The notes below the pieces were generated by a model, which was given only the letters and a program-made list of their open reading frames with translations, was not told where the DNA came from and searched no databases. Shown one piece after another: positions 1-14,785 of a stretch of 64,000 nt of DNA. Both the position numbers and the translations under genes were made by a program. The DNA comes from the human T2T-CHM13v2.0 reference genome, Homo sapiens: NCBI RefSeq assembly GCF_009914755.1, contig NC_060944.1; one strand, written 5' to 3'. The first letter of the stretch is position 1. Each line of letters begins with the position of its first letter.

Positions 1-1306
1 GAGCACGTGGGCCAGACCCAAGGCACCCTGCAGACCTGGGACGAAACCTGGTCAGTGGCAGGGAAGAGAGGGGGTTCCCTATCCCGCCACCCACCTCCCT
101 GCCACATCCTGCTTCCAGGCTCATATCCCAGGCCCAGAGGACACAAGGATGTCACCGGGTGGCAGAACAAAGGCCAAAGGGAAAACGCAATCCCAAGCCT
201 GCAGCGGGCACCCACACTCTCCACCCTTCACCTCCCACATCTCCCCATCCGCACCCCACATTTGAGCCAAACAAGGGCTTCCAAGGATGTTAAAGGACAA
301 CCCTCAACTAGCTGGCAGCAGGTTTGGCGTGCTCATGTCACGTGCAAGTAAATGCGTCTAAGCGGGGACATAAGCCACAGTGGAAGGAGCAGAAGACGGA
401 GCATGGTGAGCACCACATGCGAATTCCAAGCCCTCAGTTCTGTCCTGCCTCCCTTCACTCTGGCCTGGTCTACGATTACCCCTCCTGCCACAGGCTGTGG
501 GAGCTCCCGTGCAAATGGGAGAGGGTCCTTACCAGGAGGATAAGGGAAGGGTTCATGAAGACCCCAGAAGAGGAGGAGGGGGTCAGGGGACAAGGATTTA
601 TGGGCATTTAGCCAACACCATCTGAAAGAGAGGTGCTAAGTCTCAGGCCATGATTTCTGGTGGGTTCTGTTGTGAATCAGTTATTTGGTCAGACTCCTTT
701 AGGGCCTGGTAGATTGTCACTTAATGTTTCCATCTCCTGGGTGGTAGTTCTCCGACTTCCGCTCTCATTCCGCTCTCATTTCAGCCTTTTGAAGGCCCGT
801 TGACACCCCAGAGTCCTTCACAACTACAAGTACAACCCTGGTGTCCTTCACAGCTACAAGTACAAGTCATGGGGAGCAGAACCAAGGATTCCAATCTGAT
901 GGAGAGTCACATTTACCCTTTCAAACAGATAAGCAGGCATAGAGTGTATTATACATCAGTTTCTTGTGACTTTGGTTGATGTGAGTCCATCCCCCCAAAA
1001 AAGACCAATAAATTCTGGAGCACCTGTAAGACCTTATTTTTTGCACCTGAAAAGATGTGGTCCTCCTTTGAGGGCTTTCTTTGGGTGGCCAAACTCTCAC
1101 CCCTCTTGACTTTAGGCACCAAGCTTTGGGCTTTATTTCAAAGAGAATTCTGCATGTATCTTTGTAAATAACATTTGCATCATGCTAAGAGTTTGCTAAT
1201 GACTTTCATACATGATTCTGCATGTCCTTCTGTGTACCCTGTTGACATTTTTGTATTGAAGTCTACCTTGCTTGCAACTATAGCAAATGTCTTGAACAGT
1301 TAATAC

Positions 1307-1389
1307 TATTAGGTTGAGCCCTAGGAAATTGTCACTACTGGACTTGTTTGATCTACATAAAACAGCAGTTTCCTATGGTTCAGCCAATA
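1307..1389. mobile_element. MADE2-like mariner MITE
   Basis: ~80-bp element with degenerate TIRs tattaggttgagccctaggaaattg / cagtttcctatggttcagccaata. Confidence 0.75.
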
Positions 1390-3859
1390 ACAACTACCAT
1401 TTCCAGGGCTCTGATCACACAGGCAGGCCCCTAGTAGTATCATTGGCATTATTGTTGTCATCGTCCCTGTGAGTTTCAGAGAGGTTGAACATCTCACTCA
1501 AGGTCACACGGCAACAAATACAGGAATCATCACTTGCACCTGGAGGGCTCCAGGGAGGCCCTGGGTCCCGCTGGACCACATCTTTCCACGTCGCACTGTG
1601 GCCCTGCTGTTTCCCCGGCCAGGTCACCTTTGTCTCTTGCCTGTTGTATCTCAACAGCTTCCTGGCTGGTCTTGGTTCCTCTGGTTATTCTCCACTCTGC
1701 AGCGAAGACACCCACTGCTTAAAAGTCTCCTGAGGGCCTCCGAGGGCCTGAGGGAAAAGCGCGGCTCAGACCCTGGCTCACAGGGTCCCCCCTTCTTGCC
1801 CGATGCGTGCTACACTCAGGCCATGCTGGATTTCTTTTGAGTTTCTCTGCAAGGGCACGGACTGGCTCACCATTCAAGTGGAATGATGGGGACAGCCATG
1901 CAAACTGCACCAGTAGCCTAAGCCATTGGCTCAGAAAATGCCAGCTGAGCACCTCCTATGTGCAGGCACCTGGGTAGACAAGGAGAAAATCAGCAAAGCC
2001 CGGTCCTTCCCAAACTCTGTGCGAGCACGGGAGGTGATCACCCGGTAAACAAACCCCATCGTGTCACGTCCACACAGGTGCCACGCCAGGAAAGTAGAGC
2101 GAAGGCAGAGAGGGAAGAGCTGGCCAGGGAAGCCTCTCTGGGGAGGTGACATTGGAACAGAGCAGAAACATATCCAGAAGACGATCATTTCAGGGGATGG
2201 GAGCGGTGAGTGCCGAGGTCCTAGGGCATGAACTTGCACCCTGAGCTGGGGGAACTGCAAAGGTCCACAGGCCCCAAAGCAGGGGCTTGAGAGGATGGGA
2301 GTGAGGACCGAGAGGTGGCTGAGCTCCATTACAAACCACCCATGGGAGATGTGGCCCTTGGCACAGCAGCAGCACCTGGAGACACCGAGGCAGCACCTGG
2401 AGGCTTTAGGACACAGCGCTGTCCCCATCATCATAGGGAAGCTTCCTGGGGGATGTCCCAGCCAGGGTCCATTAAGGGTCTGGCCTCATTCGCTGTCTGT
2501 CTGTCTGTTCATTCTTCACTCCCTCCTAGCTTCTGCCCCAGGCCCTGCCTCGTGGGCTGAGACTGCTGCCTGGCACTTCCTGCCCCAGCTGAAGGAAACC
2601 AGGCAGCCCACACCTGCCATTCGGGTCGCATGTGTGGGCCTGGGGCCCGGGGTCACTGTCGGGATGGGCTCAGCAGGTCCTAGCTTGCTGTGTGGAAGGC
2701 CTGGGGCCGCAGAATGCCCCATTGTTCATCAGGACGTGGAGGCCCAGGCCAGAGATGCCAGCTATTTTGGGTGCTGGGCGAAGGCCTGGATTTACTTGCC
2801 ACAAGCGTTTTTCTCAGAAGGAAGGTCAGTGGGCCCAGCCTGGGAAGTCAACCAGTCCCACCTGGCTCCGATTCTCCCCCGTGCTCTCAACGTCCTCTCT
2901 GCAAAAGACAGGGGCCAGGGTGTCTGTGCAGTGCCAGTCGGGAGGTCTGGGTGTGTGGCGGGGGGCAGTGACTGTGTTTTCCAACTGCAGAGGCCACAGT
3001 GGGCCTCCCAGAAGCACCTACCACCTCCAATGAGCCCCTTCCATTTCAGGGAGCCCACCTGTAGACCCCCGATGCTTGAAAAACCCTGATTAGGAACTCC
3101 TGGGCTGGTGCAGCACCTGGCACATGGAGCCAGGTAATAGAGCACATACATACATCCTATGTTCAGTCCGCAGCCGGGATCAAGCTGTCTTTCCGAAGCC
3201 CGCACGAGTGTCACAGCCGTTCCAGACCGCTCTTTGGGTCAGGGGCTCCCGAAACCACCTGCTTCCAGGAGCACGCACACACATGGGCATGGAGGCATTT
3301 GGTTTCAGAAAGGTCAGAGGCCCCAGATCAGATGATTCTGGTGTAGGTTTGTGGCCTGCCTAGGCTGGAGGACTGACTTCAGCATTACCACCAGGACAGG
3401 TGGACTTGGGTGGGGCCGCTTCACCACTGCCGAGCCATGCAACCTGGGACAAGCCCTGGACCTCTCTGAACCTCAGGCTCATCACAAAACAGGAATCATC
3501 ATCCTCCTCACCTATGGAGTTGTTGAGGAATGAATGAGTTCATCTGGGCAGAGCATGCAGTCCCAACAGGACGGAATTTGCTTCCCAAGGGGGAAAAACA
3601 TATTTTACTCTTTACATTTAAAGCATGGATACCTGAACAGTACCTAAACAGACACCCAGTATACCTGTGGCGTTAAAGTGTCATCGGAGAGAGCTATTAG
3701 GAAAAAATGCCTTAAAAGCCTCCTTGCAGGGGTGAAGAATGGCAAAAGCTTACAAAGATGGTTCCTGGAACACAGCAGGTGCTCAGCAAACTTCAGCTGC
3801 TTTGCTGTTATTACTACTCACAGCAGGTGTCACAGAGGAAGGACTGGTTGCAAGCTTGG

Positions 3860-4095
3860 GTTTAGGAGCCATACTGTTGGAGGTCCCTTCCTGGCTCTGC
3901 CACTTGCCAGCTGTGTGACATTGGGCAAGTTGCTTGACTTTTCTGTGCCTCAGTTTCTCTCATCTGGAAGCAGAGCTAATTAGAGCACCTGTCTCGTGCA
4001 GTTTTGTGTAGATTAGATGGGTTGATTTGTGTGGTATGTGTAGTTCAGTGCCTGGCACACAGTAAACACTCAGTAAATGCAAGCTATGATTATTA
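3860..4095 (+). mobile_element. MIR SINE
   Basis: Core ctgtgtgacattgggcaagttgcttgacttttctgtgcctcagtttctc and tail gtgcctggcacacagtaaacactcagtaaatg. Confidence 0.85.
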
Positions 4096-7051
4096 TTGAT
4101 TAAGATTGTTAATTATGACATGCAAGGAACTTGGGGGTCAATGGTGCTCATTGCGGGGAAACTGTAAGGAAGGGTGAGGTTCAAGGTTGGCCCCTAACTG
4201 CTTCTCCTGGGCATCTGGTCTGGCTCTAGCCTCAACCACTAAGGGCTGTCCTGGGCTCCAGAGGAGGGGCCGGGTGCCAGCCTAGGGCAGGAGCACCAAC
4301 CGAGCACGTGAAGCACTTTGCACAGTGGCAGGGTGCTCAGGACTCTATGGAACACCCCTATCTGAGCACTGACTTCAGAGCAACGTGTCCTCCATGCATA
4401 ACCCAGCTCCACATGCAGGGAGCCTGGGCCACTGCGGCCAGCTGCCCCCTTACCCTCTCCATGCCTGACCTGGCTGAGGTGGGGAGGGAGGAGTCTATCC
4501 CCTTCACACGACTTCCCAGACGGTGAGCCCCTCGCTTTCCTGGTCCGGACCCACAGTGAAGACTCGCTCTCCTGGGATCCCACGGAGACCTTACGAGGCC
4601 CCACGTGGTCCAGCCTGCCCGCCCATCCCTGCTCATCAGCCCACTGGCCACCCACTGCTCCAGAACACAGCAAGCCTGTCCCGCCTCAGGACCTTAGCAC
4701 AGGCCATTCCACTGCCTGGAACTCTCTCCCCGTGGCTGGGGCCTTCTCAGCCTCCAAGTCCCCCAGTCAACCGTCCCCTCCCCTGACAGGCCTTCCCAGA
4801 CCATCCAGGGTGAAGTGGACGTCACACGCCCTCCCCTCCCCTCCCCAGGTCTTCTCGTCATCATATCCCTGTTTCATTTTTGTGTTGCTCTAATCACGAA
4901 CAACCATTCTCTGTGTGCGTGTTTCCTGTCCTTCTCCCCGTGAAAGATGACAAGCTCCATGGGCTGGGGGCTTTGTCTTGCCTGCTTCCTGCCCGCCACT
5001 TCCCAGTCCAGGGCCCCGCCAGCCCTCAGTACCTGCTTGTTGTGGGGATGAAGCCCACCGAGACCTTGGCTGCGCTCGTCATTTGCTGCGGTTGCCATCC
5101 CATTTTACAGCTGTAGACACTGACAGCAGAGATTCCTTTTGTGTCAATATCTCAGGGAAGTTTCTGGAACCCCTACCCAGGACCCAGGGAAAGGACTCTG
5201 CCTGGGAGGTTTCAGAGGGCACAGGAATGCAACACTGCTCAGGCCCTGGCACTTACATTTCTCTGCAAGGAGCATTTTCCTAAAATTTGTCTGTTGCCTC
5301 TGGACGCGTAAGCAAGGTGACTAAGGGACTCAGGATTTGATTAGGCAGCAAATCCGGATAAACAGGACAGGTGGCACTAATCAGAGCTGACGACTAGACA
5401 AGGCCTGGGAGGCCCTCAGGCTCTGTGAGCTCAGAGCACCTCTGTGGAAACTTCCTTCTGCCCGGTCCCCAGAGAGGATGGCCACAGCAGCACCCTGCCT
5501 GGCTGGGACGTGGCTGGATGGGGCACAGGCCTGGAGACCATGTGGCATGCACCCTGCCACTGAGCCCCCAGGTGGAGGTGCCAGGGGAGGGAGGTGGGGC
5601 TGCACAGGGTTTCTTGGCTGTCTCCAGCCAGTGGGGGACACTGAGCTTGAACTGGGCAGGTGACGACTTCTCTGGGCCTCAGTTTCCCCCTCTCTAGAGG
5701 TGATGAGTACAGGCCTGGGCTCCTGGCCCTGAGGTCCTAGGAAATGCTCTGTGCTGCAGACAGTCCATGAGGCCAGGACTGGCTCTGGCCCAGCCTGGTG
5801 TCTCCCAGGGCATGGAGGGAACACACATTCACTTCCAGAGAGCTGGAGCCTGGGGCAGGACTCTTGCCAACAGCCCCCGGCCAGAACCTGCAGGCCTCCC
5901 TCAGGTCCCACCTGGAGCCACCTGCCTGCCATGCCTTCCTGGCCTCGTTCCCCCATGGTAAAACAGTCACTGTGCCAGCCTTGGGCCAGGCTCTGACCTA
6001 AGTGTGTGTTTGTAAAGCAGTAGCTTCCTTTTTGCCTTCCAACAACCCGCAAGCCAGGAACTGTCACTGGCTCTCGTGTCACAAACGTGGTTTGAGGAAC
6101 GCCTGCAAGGTCTCATGGTTAGAAAGGGCAGAGCTGGATTTCGGACCCATGCTGGCTTGAGAGGAAGACTCCCTCCCTCCCTCCCTCCCTCCTTCCCCCC
6201 TTTTCCTCCCTCCCTCCCTCTTCCTCCCTCTCTCTTTTCTAGTGACCAGAGCTTTCACTGATCAGCTAACAGTATTTGGCTAGCTCCCCAGGATCTGCTC
6301 CTCAATCCTAAATGGGACAGAAGTCTTGGCCACCAAGCGTGCCTGTGTCCCCCGCCAGGTTGAGGGGCAGAGGGTGCCACTGTGGCCCCCCGTGCCTGGC
6401 GGAAAGCACACCCCGGCTGGGTTCTTAAATCCGTAAGGTCACAATCAACAAGTGAAGGCACCCTGAGGACCCAAGGGCAGAGAGTTCCAGGAGGCGGCTG
6501 CGGGAGGGGCTGTCTGGGGCCCCCTCAGGCCCGCAGGGGTCAGGGCCTGTTGACTCTGGCGTCCTGTGAATAGACTCTTGCAAAGCCGCCATGTTCTCTG
6601 CTTCCTTGGGGAGGCACCTTGTCTTCTTAAGTCATTCCGTTGTGTCGATAATGCCTATTCTTTCCACGGGGCCATCTGCCAAGGTCAATGTTTGTGTTGT
6701 TTTAAAAACTTACATTGTATCACTGTGGGAACTTGAGTGTACAGAAACCTTTTTTTTTTTTCCTTTTAAGGAGGGGGCTGGGTGGGAGGTGGAGGTAGAA
6801 AAGTTTTCTCACTTTTCCTCTATTGCTTTAACATAAGACACCATTTGGATGGCGTTGGCTTCCCGAAGCTCCAGATATTTGAAGCTGTATTCACCGCGTG
6901 TGGTGCTTGCTTCTCCCTCCCCACCCTCTGAGGACACAGCCACTGGCCATTCCCTAGTAAAAAAAGAAAAAGGAAGAGAGGGACAGAGGGAAGAAGAGGT
7001 GGGAGCTTCCTAGAGCACAGACCCTGATTAATGTTCCAGGGAGAAAGGTTA

Positions 7052-7506
<455 letters not shown>

Positions 7507-10500
7507 TTAATTGAAAAGGACAAAATTAAATAAGGCCCGGACTTCAGGTACTCAGGAGCCTCATGGACTTGTCCCCTGGCACAGTGGCTGCCGCTGCCAC
7601 CTCATGCCAATTACGCGGCCGGCCAACACCATCAGGGTCCCCAGATTAGATGCCAGGCCCCTGGGCCTGCTTTAGTCTTGGGCAAACCAGGAAGCTGGCC
7701 GCCAGCAGCCCACAGCCCTGAGATGCCGGGAATTTGTTTCTCCAAAAATGCCCTGATGAGGCCGGTGAAAAGGAGGGAAAGGCCTGACACGGGCCCTGGT
7801 TCTCCCGGGACACAGTGGCCCAAGGCTGTGTCGGCCCCAGCCCCGGGAGAGGTCAATGGCAGGAGGGTTTGTGTGGGGATCAGACATGAAGCTGGGCAAC
7901 AGCAGCAGACAATGGGTCCTGAGGCTGGGCCCAGACCTCTTAGGCCCCATCAGCCACCTCCTCCAGGGAGGACTCTTTGATTAACACTCACTGGGCCCTT
8001 CTGGCTTTGGCTGGTATGAGAGGAAACCTTCCTTCCCCACTGCCTCCTGTCCTTCCACAATTCTTCCTAGAGCACTGGATGCTGGGGGCCCAGAGACCCC
8101 AACACACAAGTCCCTCAGAGTTTGCAGTCTAGTGGGTAGAGAGACGACGAATCAGGCTCTCCCAGCAGCCCTGAGCTAGGGAAGAAAGGACAGAGTGTCT
8201 TGGGGGCAAAGAATGGGGCTAGGGGTCAACAGGGCCCTTCTGGGGCTGGAGGAAAGATAAGCGGGAGTGAGCTAGGCAAAAATAGGGGTGCGGTGCTTTA
8301 GCACACGCAAAGAACAGGGTGCCTGTCTCCTTAGGGGCATGAGAGGAGGGAGCTGCAGCCTCACGGTGGGGTGGGAGATGCTGCTGGCAGCAGAGAACAG
8401 GCTGCTTGGGAGCCGCCCTGACATGACAGGGGCCTCAGAGAGCCCTAACTTCAGCAGCCCAACCCTCACACATCTGCCTATACATCCGCACTGGAGCAGG
8501 CAGAGGCTTGGCCTGGGAGAGGGGCTCCGGCAGCAGCAGTAGCCCCGGCAGCCTGTGCACGGAGCCTCCCTGGGTCCCGGGGTCACTAGTGAGGCTGCTT
8601 TGCCCTTTCTTCACAGGGTGACCCACCTGACTGCTCAGGGCCGCACAAGGGCCTCCATGTGCTCCCGTCTCTAGCAGGTGAGGCTACACGGGCGGCTCAC
8701 TGCCTCACCCATGCGTCCCTGGGTGCTCCAATGGCACCGAAGGCAGTAGGGATGCTCCGCCACTTTGGGGTATATGCAACGTGCAGCCCTGCAGCCCTTC
8801 ATCCTCCTCCACCCTGGAGGCTCAGTCAGAAGTGGGCACATGCACCTCTGTCCCGAGGTGAGGAAGCTGAGGCACAGGAGTGCAAGGGGCACCCCAAAAG
8901 CCACCAAGCTCCTAAGCAGTACACCTCGGACCTGAGCCCATGTTGTTTGGGATTTCTGTTGGAGGACAACTTCCATGAGTCTCTGCCACTAGCTCACTCT
9001 GTGACTTGGGGCAGTGACTTCAGCTCTCTGAGCCTCACCATTCTTGTCTGTCAAATGAGGCTAATGGCTGTGCCTCCCCTGTAGAGTCACAGTGGGGAGT
9101 AGGGGGTGATTGGTATACGTAAGGCATTTGCAACTGTGCCTGGCGCAGGTGAGCCCCTACCTCGTCCTCGCGTCTCCCCTCTGGCCCCAGGATCCTCTTC
9201 ACTGTGGGCCTAGATCCAAGTTGCCTGGCACCAGGTCCTTGCATGAGCTCATGTTTGTTTAGAAATGAGAGACACGGACCATGTGGTTGTGTGTGCCACC
9301 TCAGCAGTATATGTGTCAATCAACAATGTGCTGCCAATCACCGGAGTGTCCTCCGGGTGCAAGGCGAAGCCATTTTGCTTGCCTTTGTTCACTGTGACCT
9401 CACAACAGCCATCGTCATTTCACCAATGAAGAAACAGAGGTTTTAGTGGCCCAGCCATTCAGCCAGCGTCTCACGGCCGTTGGGCAGGGGACCCACAGTC
9501 AAGCTGATCCCAGAGTGTACCCCCCCTCCCCACTATCACCACCCACAGCCCCACAACGGACCATGGTGTGCTTTCCTGGTCATCATGGACACTATGTGTG
9601 TGTCCGCCGGGCCTGTGGACTCCGAGAATGCAGGCAGCACGAACCCACGCCTGGGATCCCCACTGTCTGCAGGGTGCAAACGGTTCCTCGGCCCAACAGG
9701 CCAGGGCTGGGCTGCTTTGAGGGAAGTACAGGAAAGAGTAGCCAGGACAGCTGTCCACACGCTCTTCCTCTCCTTAATGTGTTTCCTCTGACCAAGAGCA
9801 GCGAGGCAGGTGGGCAGGGAGAGCTCAGGTTGGTGCCTGGGCCCAACCGTGACGCTGTTTTTAGAGGAATGAGTGTGAAATGCTTTCCATGCAAAAGGGA
9901 GAGAGAAAGGGGGAAAGGACCAGGGGAGAGGCAGAAGCCACTGGCTGAGTATAGGACACCCCAGCTCGGAGCTGGAGGCAGCATGGCACCAGTATGGTTG
10001 GCACTTCTGGGGCCATGGAGGCAGGGCAGGGGCCCACGGAATGCTAGATCTTAGAGACCTGGCAAGGAAAGTGGGGTGGAGGCAGATCAAGGGGCTATGT
10101 TTGGGTTCAGGGGCCCTAACCCATCAAACGGTGCAGGTAACGGCTTCCTTGAAGAGGCTGGGTGAGCTGGGACCAGGAACATAGCTCAGGTGACCTTGTG
10201 GGGCTGAGGCTGGCACACAGCAGGGTCACCACAGCCATGGGCAAAAAAATGTGTGCACCTTGTGCTGGAATTCTCGCCATGCTCTGAGCTGGTATGCTGT
10301 CAGACGTGGGGGTCTGCTCCCCAAACCCTGCTCTGCTTCTCCTCTCCCGAGGTCATTTGGCCAACAGTGATGGAGCAACCCAGCATCTCTGATTGCTGGT
10401 GTTCTTTGGAAGGTTTGAGGAACTGAGAGGTGTGGGCCAGCCATGCAGATCAGTGTGAGAGGGAAGACCCTATCTTGTCCCTCTCCAGTCCCCGGGCATG

Positions 10501-10719
10501 TCAGGAAGCACTCCCTGAATAGGTGCTGTGTAAGTGGACCGAGGGTTCGCTCTCTGCCCAGCTGGGAGCCAAGTCCTCTCTGTGGAGTATCTCATTTCAT
10601 CTCCCACAACCACCTCGAGACAGATCTCGTGGCTGTGCCATGAAGGACTCAGGGCTCAGAGAGGAGCATTGAGGTCACAAGACGAGGAAGTGGCTGAGTC
10701 CAGACCTGAACCCACCATT

Positions 10720-11460
10720 GTTTCTAACAGCTGCATTGAGATCTAATTCATAGGCCATGCAATTCACCCATTGCGATGGCTTTCAGTACATTTACAGAGC
10801 TGTGTAACCATAATCAGACTATATTTTAGAGCATTCACCCCCAAAAGAAAGCCCATTGCGTTAGCAGTCACCCCATTCTGCTTCTGCCCTCCCCTCCAGC
10901 TCAAAGCCAACACAAATCTATTTTCTGTCCCTATGGCCTTCCCTATTCTGGACATTTCATGTAAATGGATTTATACAATATGTGCTCCTTTGTGTCTGGC
11001 TTCTTTTACTTAGCATAACATTTCCGGGGTTCATCCATGCTGTGGCCTGGATCACCGCTTCCTTCCTTTTTGTGGCTGGATGATACCCTGTCATCTGGAT
11101 GAACCATGTTTGTTGGTGCGATGCATCAGCTGATGCACACTTGGACTATTTCTACATTTTGGCTAGGACGAATATTGCTGCTATGAATACTTGTCTGCAA
11201 GTTTCTGTGTGAACCTATGTTTCCATTTCTCCTGGGAATGCACCTAGGAGTGGAGTGGAATAGTACGTCATGTGGTAGCTCTGTGTTTAACTTTTTGAGG
11301 AGCAGCCAGATCCTTTTCCAAAGCAGCTGCACCTTTTATGTTGCCATCAGCAGTGAATGAAGGTTCCAATTGCTCTGTCTCCTTGTCGACACTTGTTATT
11401 GTCTGTCTTTTTTATTTCAGCCATGGGCATCACATGGTCTCTTGTGGTTTTGATTTGTAT
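10720..11460 (-). mobile_element. Old L1 (L1MB-like) 3' end fragment
   Basis: Resembles the L1M 3' UTR reverse strand (…ccctattctggacatttcatgtaaatgg…, …ctgtgtttaactttttgaggagcagccaga…). Confidence 0.85.
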
Positions 11461-12630
11461 TTATTTGTTATGTTTACAATATTGCTTTCCGTACATCAGC
11501 TGTGCTTCTCTCAAGGCGGCAAGAGTCCCCCACTGGGTGGGACTTTCAAGGTTTGGATTTGAAGTCTAAGTGTATCAGATCGTATCTCCTCTTTTCTTGT
11601 CAGCAGTCACTCAACACTTACACTCCTAAGCACCTATGGAGTATCTGCACCTTCCTCCTCGTGAGGTGAGGGTTGAAGGTGAGAGCCAGGAGAGGTCCTC
11701 ACCCTCACAGAACACACAGAAGCCAACACTGACACAGGGCACATACTGGAAGAGGCGGAAACACACATGGAGTCAGTGTCCTTTTAGGAGGGCTCTGAAA
11801 GACAAAAAGAATTGCGTAGAAAGACAGGGAGGCATAAGAAGCTCAGCATGTTTTCCTTCCTTCACTTCGTAAGTGTGTATTGATCACTGATTGTATGCTA
11901 GGCATCATGTCCATCAGCGGGAGGCCCAGAGGTGGGATTGTGTGTACTCTCTGCCTTCCCTCTAGGTAGGTGGGACCTGGTGAAGGTAATCTTATTTTCG
12001 AGTTGGATAGGGTCCCTCCAGCTGTGCAAGCAGCCCCTAAATTGCAGGACAGCTTGTGTCTGTGACGATTCCATACAAACCACAGAGATGAGAACAGGTG
12101 ATGTCTGCCACTGACAGGACTCTCAGAAGCAGTCAGCAGCACCTTTGTGGACCGTGCAGTGGGCTTCTAACTGCTCCTGCATCTCTTTTGTATGGAATTT
12201 CCCCTTTGGGGCTCAGTCAGTTCTGTCCAAACAGCACCAGGCTCTATCGTGTGTTAAGATCTTGGTATTTTCCATCTTGGTAATAGAAGCTTCTCCACTG
12301 TTGAGAGAACAGTTCCATGTAGATGACTGCTCACCTCCCTACCCCAACCCTCACGATTAGATTTTTGTTCAATGGGGCTTCTAGATTCCTTACAACAAAC
12401 ACTCTTGTATGTGGCAATTATTTTGTTCAAGGTCTTAAGCTCTCCTTTGGAGGACAATTCCTGCCCCTGAGAGACTCAGGGGTTTGGCCAAAGCATATGG
12501 TCTCATCCATGGTCACCATTTGGGTTTCTGCCAAGTGCCCAGCTTTACATAAAGTGTCACTGTAATAGCTGCACGAGTATCTCCCCTCCTCCCTTGCCCC
12601 CTACCCCGTCATCTGCTTTCTGTCTTTCAG

Positions 12631-13930
12631 GCTTCAGCTAATGGCAGATATGTTTTCTGGATACTTACATACTTGTTTCTGTTCGGACTCTTGAGAAAAA
12701 AAGTCAGTTTGTTGATTTTGTGTTGGGGATGTGAGGAGGTTTTTTTTTTTTTTTTTTTTCTTTCTTAATCTAGATGTCTTGAACAAGTCAGCAAAGAAAA
12801 ACAGTTCCGCCTTTGGAATGTATGAAAATGAAGACCGTTGCAGGAGGTCTTGAGCCACAGAGCTGGCTCCAGAGGCATTGGGAGGAGAAACGCGGCAGGC
12901 CTGGCTCACTCATTATATTTCAAGATCTATCCCAGCTTGTCACAACATGGACTGTGTAACTGAGACGATTCGCGGTTGGTGTTCCCATGCTGAGGCATGT
13001 GCTGCCCCGGCCCTTGGTTGCTGCGCAATTTGCTCTCTATGGACTGTACCTGGGGTGCCTACCCTGGACTTCAGACAAGCTTCTTCAAGAGTAGCCCCTG
13101 CCAGAGCTGGAGCCAACAGCAAGAGCAGCCCAGGGCCACTCTGCCCAGGCTCAGAGGCATCACTGGGAAAGAGGCAGGGGCAGAAGGAACTGGGGCGGGA
13201 AGCCCTGAAGGGTGTCGAGTCCCAGGACAAGGGACTGGGGTGTGTCCCAGCAGACCCCCAGGGAAGCAGCAGCTTTGGACTCGCCTGACCCAACCCCTTG
13301 CTGCCAGACAGGCTTAAATTGCCCCAACTTTCCCCATGAAGCTCGGACAGGAGGACGGAGGAGCAACTGCCTTCTGGGGTCAGAGTCTGTCCCCGCTCCT
13401 GCAGGCCGGAAGCACGTGCGGTCAGCGGTGGGCCAGAGCCTCTCAGCCTCTCAGCAAGGGCCTTCCTGTAGCTCTCGGCTCCTCCAACAGCCCCATCCCT
13501 TAGCACAGGCGGGGCTGGCGGAGCACTGCAGGGGCCAGGTGCAGCCACCGTGCAGCAAGGCACAGCTGCCTGATCAAACCAGATCAAAAGCCATTCGATC
13601 ATCCAAGGACTATTTTCATTCGATATTTATTGATTTCTACCACTCGCTGGGGCTGTACAGGGCCCTGAGCTTGCCGTGAGGAGCACATTTCAGCCCCCAC
13701 CCCCTCGGGGCTCACAGTCTGGTAGAGGAAGCACATGAAATAAAAGAATTTGCACATGTAAATATCTCATTACAAATGCGCAAGAGCCATGAAGGAAAAA
13801 AAAAGAACACGATGGGAGGTAATCACAAAGTCCACTTATTTTAGACAAAGTGGTTGGCGACAGCCACATTTTTGCCAAGACCTAAAGGATGGGCAACAGT
13901 AAAAATAAAAATCATCATCATCGTAATAGT
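12631..13930 (+). ncRNA. Candidate terminal exon of a + strand lncRNA (possibly APCDD1L-DT/AS1)
   Basis: Strong acceptor ctttctgtctttcag| at 12630 and AATAAA at 13739 and 13904. The position ~31 kb upstream of the STX16 TSS fits the recalled 3' end of APCDD1L-DT. Not verified. Confidence 0.35.
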
Positions 13931-14110
13931 AATTTTTTGAGTGTTTCATTGATGGCGTGGTAAGCACTTAATATACATCGACTTTGTATGGACTGGCTTA
14001 TGTAATGCTGAGGAGAACTGTATGAGTAAGTATTGTCATTATCTCCATTTTGCAGATGAGGAAATTGAGGCACAGAGAGGCTCAGGGACTTGCCCGAGGT
14101 CTCGAGGCTG
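13920..14110 (-). mobile_element. MIR SINE
   Basis: ccattttgcagatgaggaaattgaggcacagagagg…acttgcccgaggtc. Confidence 0.8.
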
Positions 14111-14686
14111 GTTGGGAGAGCCGAGCTAGAGCTAGTGGTGAGAGTAGCGTTAAGCATTTTCGCAAGCAGGGGCCATGCCCTGCATGATGCTTTGCAGCTG
14201 GGGAAATGAAGGCACAGAAATGCCAAGCCTCCTCCTGGGACAGAAACCAACCCTCAGGGCCCCTCAAGCCCCAGCTGGTGGGACCCTGCAAAGGAGCCTT
14301 CTGCAGTCCTGTCTGTGCCCTCCACGCTGCCCAGGATGAGGCTGGGGTGGGAGAAGCCGAGCTTCCCAGGCAGGTCCCCAGTGAGGCCCCTGGACTCCTG
14401 CCTTGGGGACGGTGGCACAGAGCCTGGTCTAGCTGGCAGAGCTGGCCACCCCAACATCCTTCAGGCTCCATATTGAAGCCAAGACATTTACAGGGGCCAC
14501 TGAGGACAACTGTGCTCCCAAACCATTGCTATGGAATGACACGGCCTCTGTGCACACGTTCCTTTGGTTGGGGACAATGAAATATGTCAGCAAGCAAATG
14601 GGAATGCCTAAATCCTGGAGTCGGGGCCAGAAGCCCTAGGAACCCCACCCCACACAGAAACCCTGCCCCTGAGCTAGAGCGTCGCG

Positions 14687-14785
14687 TACACACACACACA
14701 CACATACACACATGCACACACATATGTACACATACACACGCACACATACATACACACGCACACACGTGCACACACATTCACATGC
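14687..14785. repeat. Imperfect (CA)n microsatellite
   Basis: Alternating CA/TA/CG run. Confidence 0.9.

Noticed and set aside
757-866. Small tandem duplications (11-bp and 30-bp periods; a similar 21-bp one at ~21730)
   Set aside because: Ordinary replication-slippage duplications with no functional cue.
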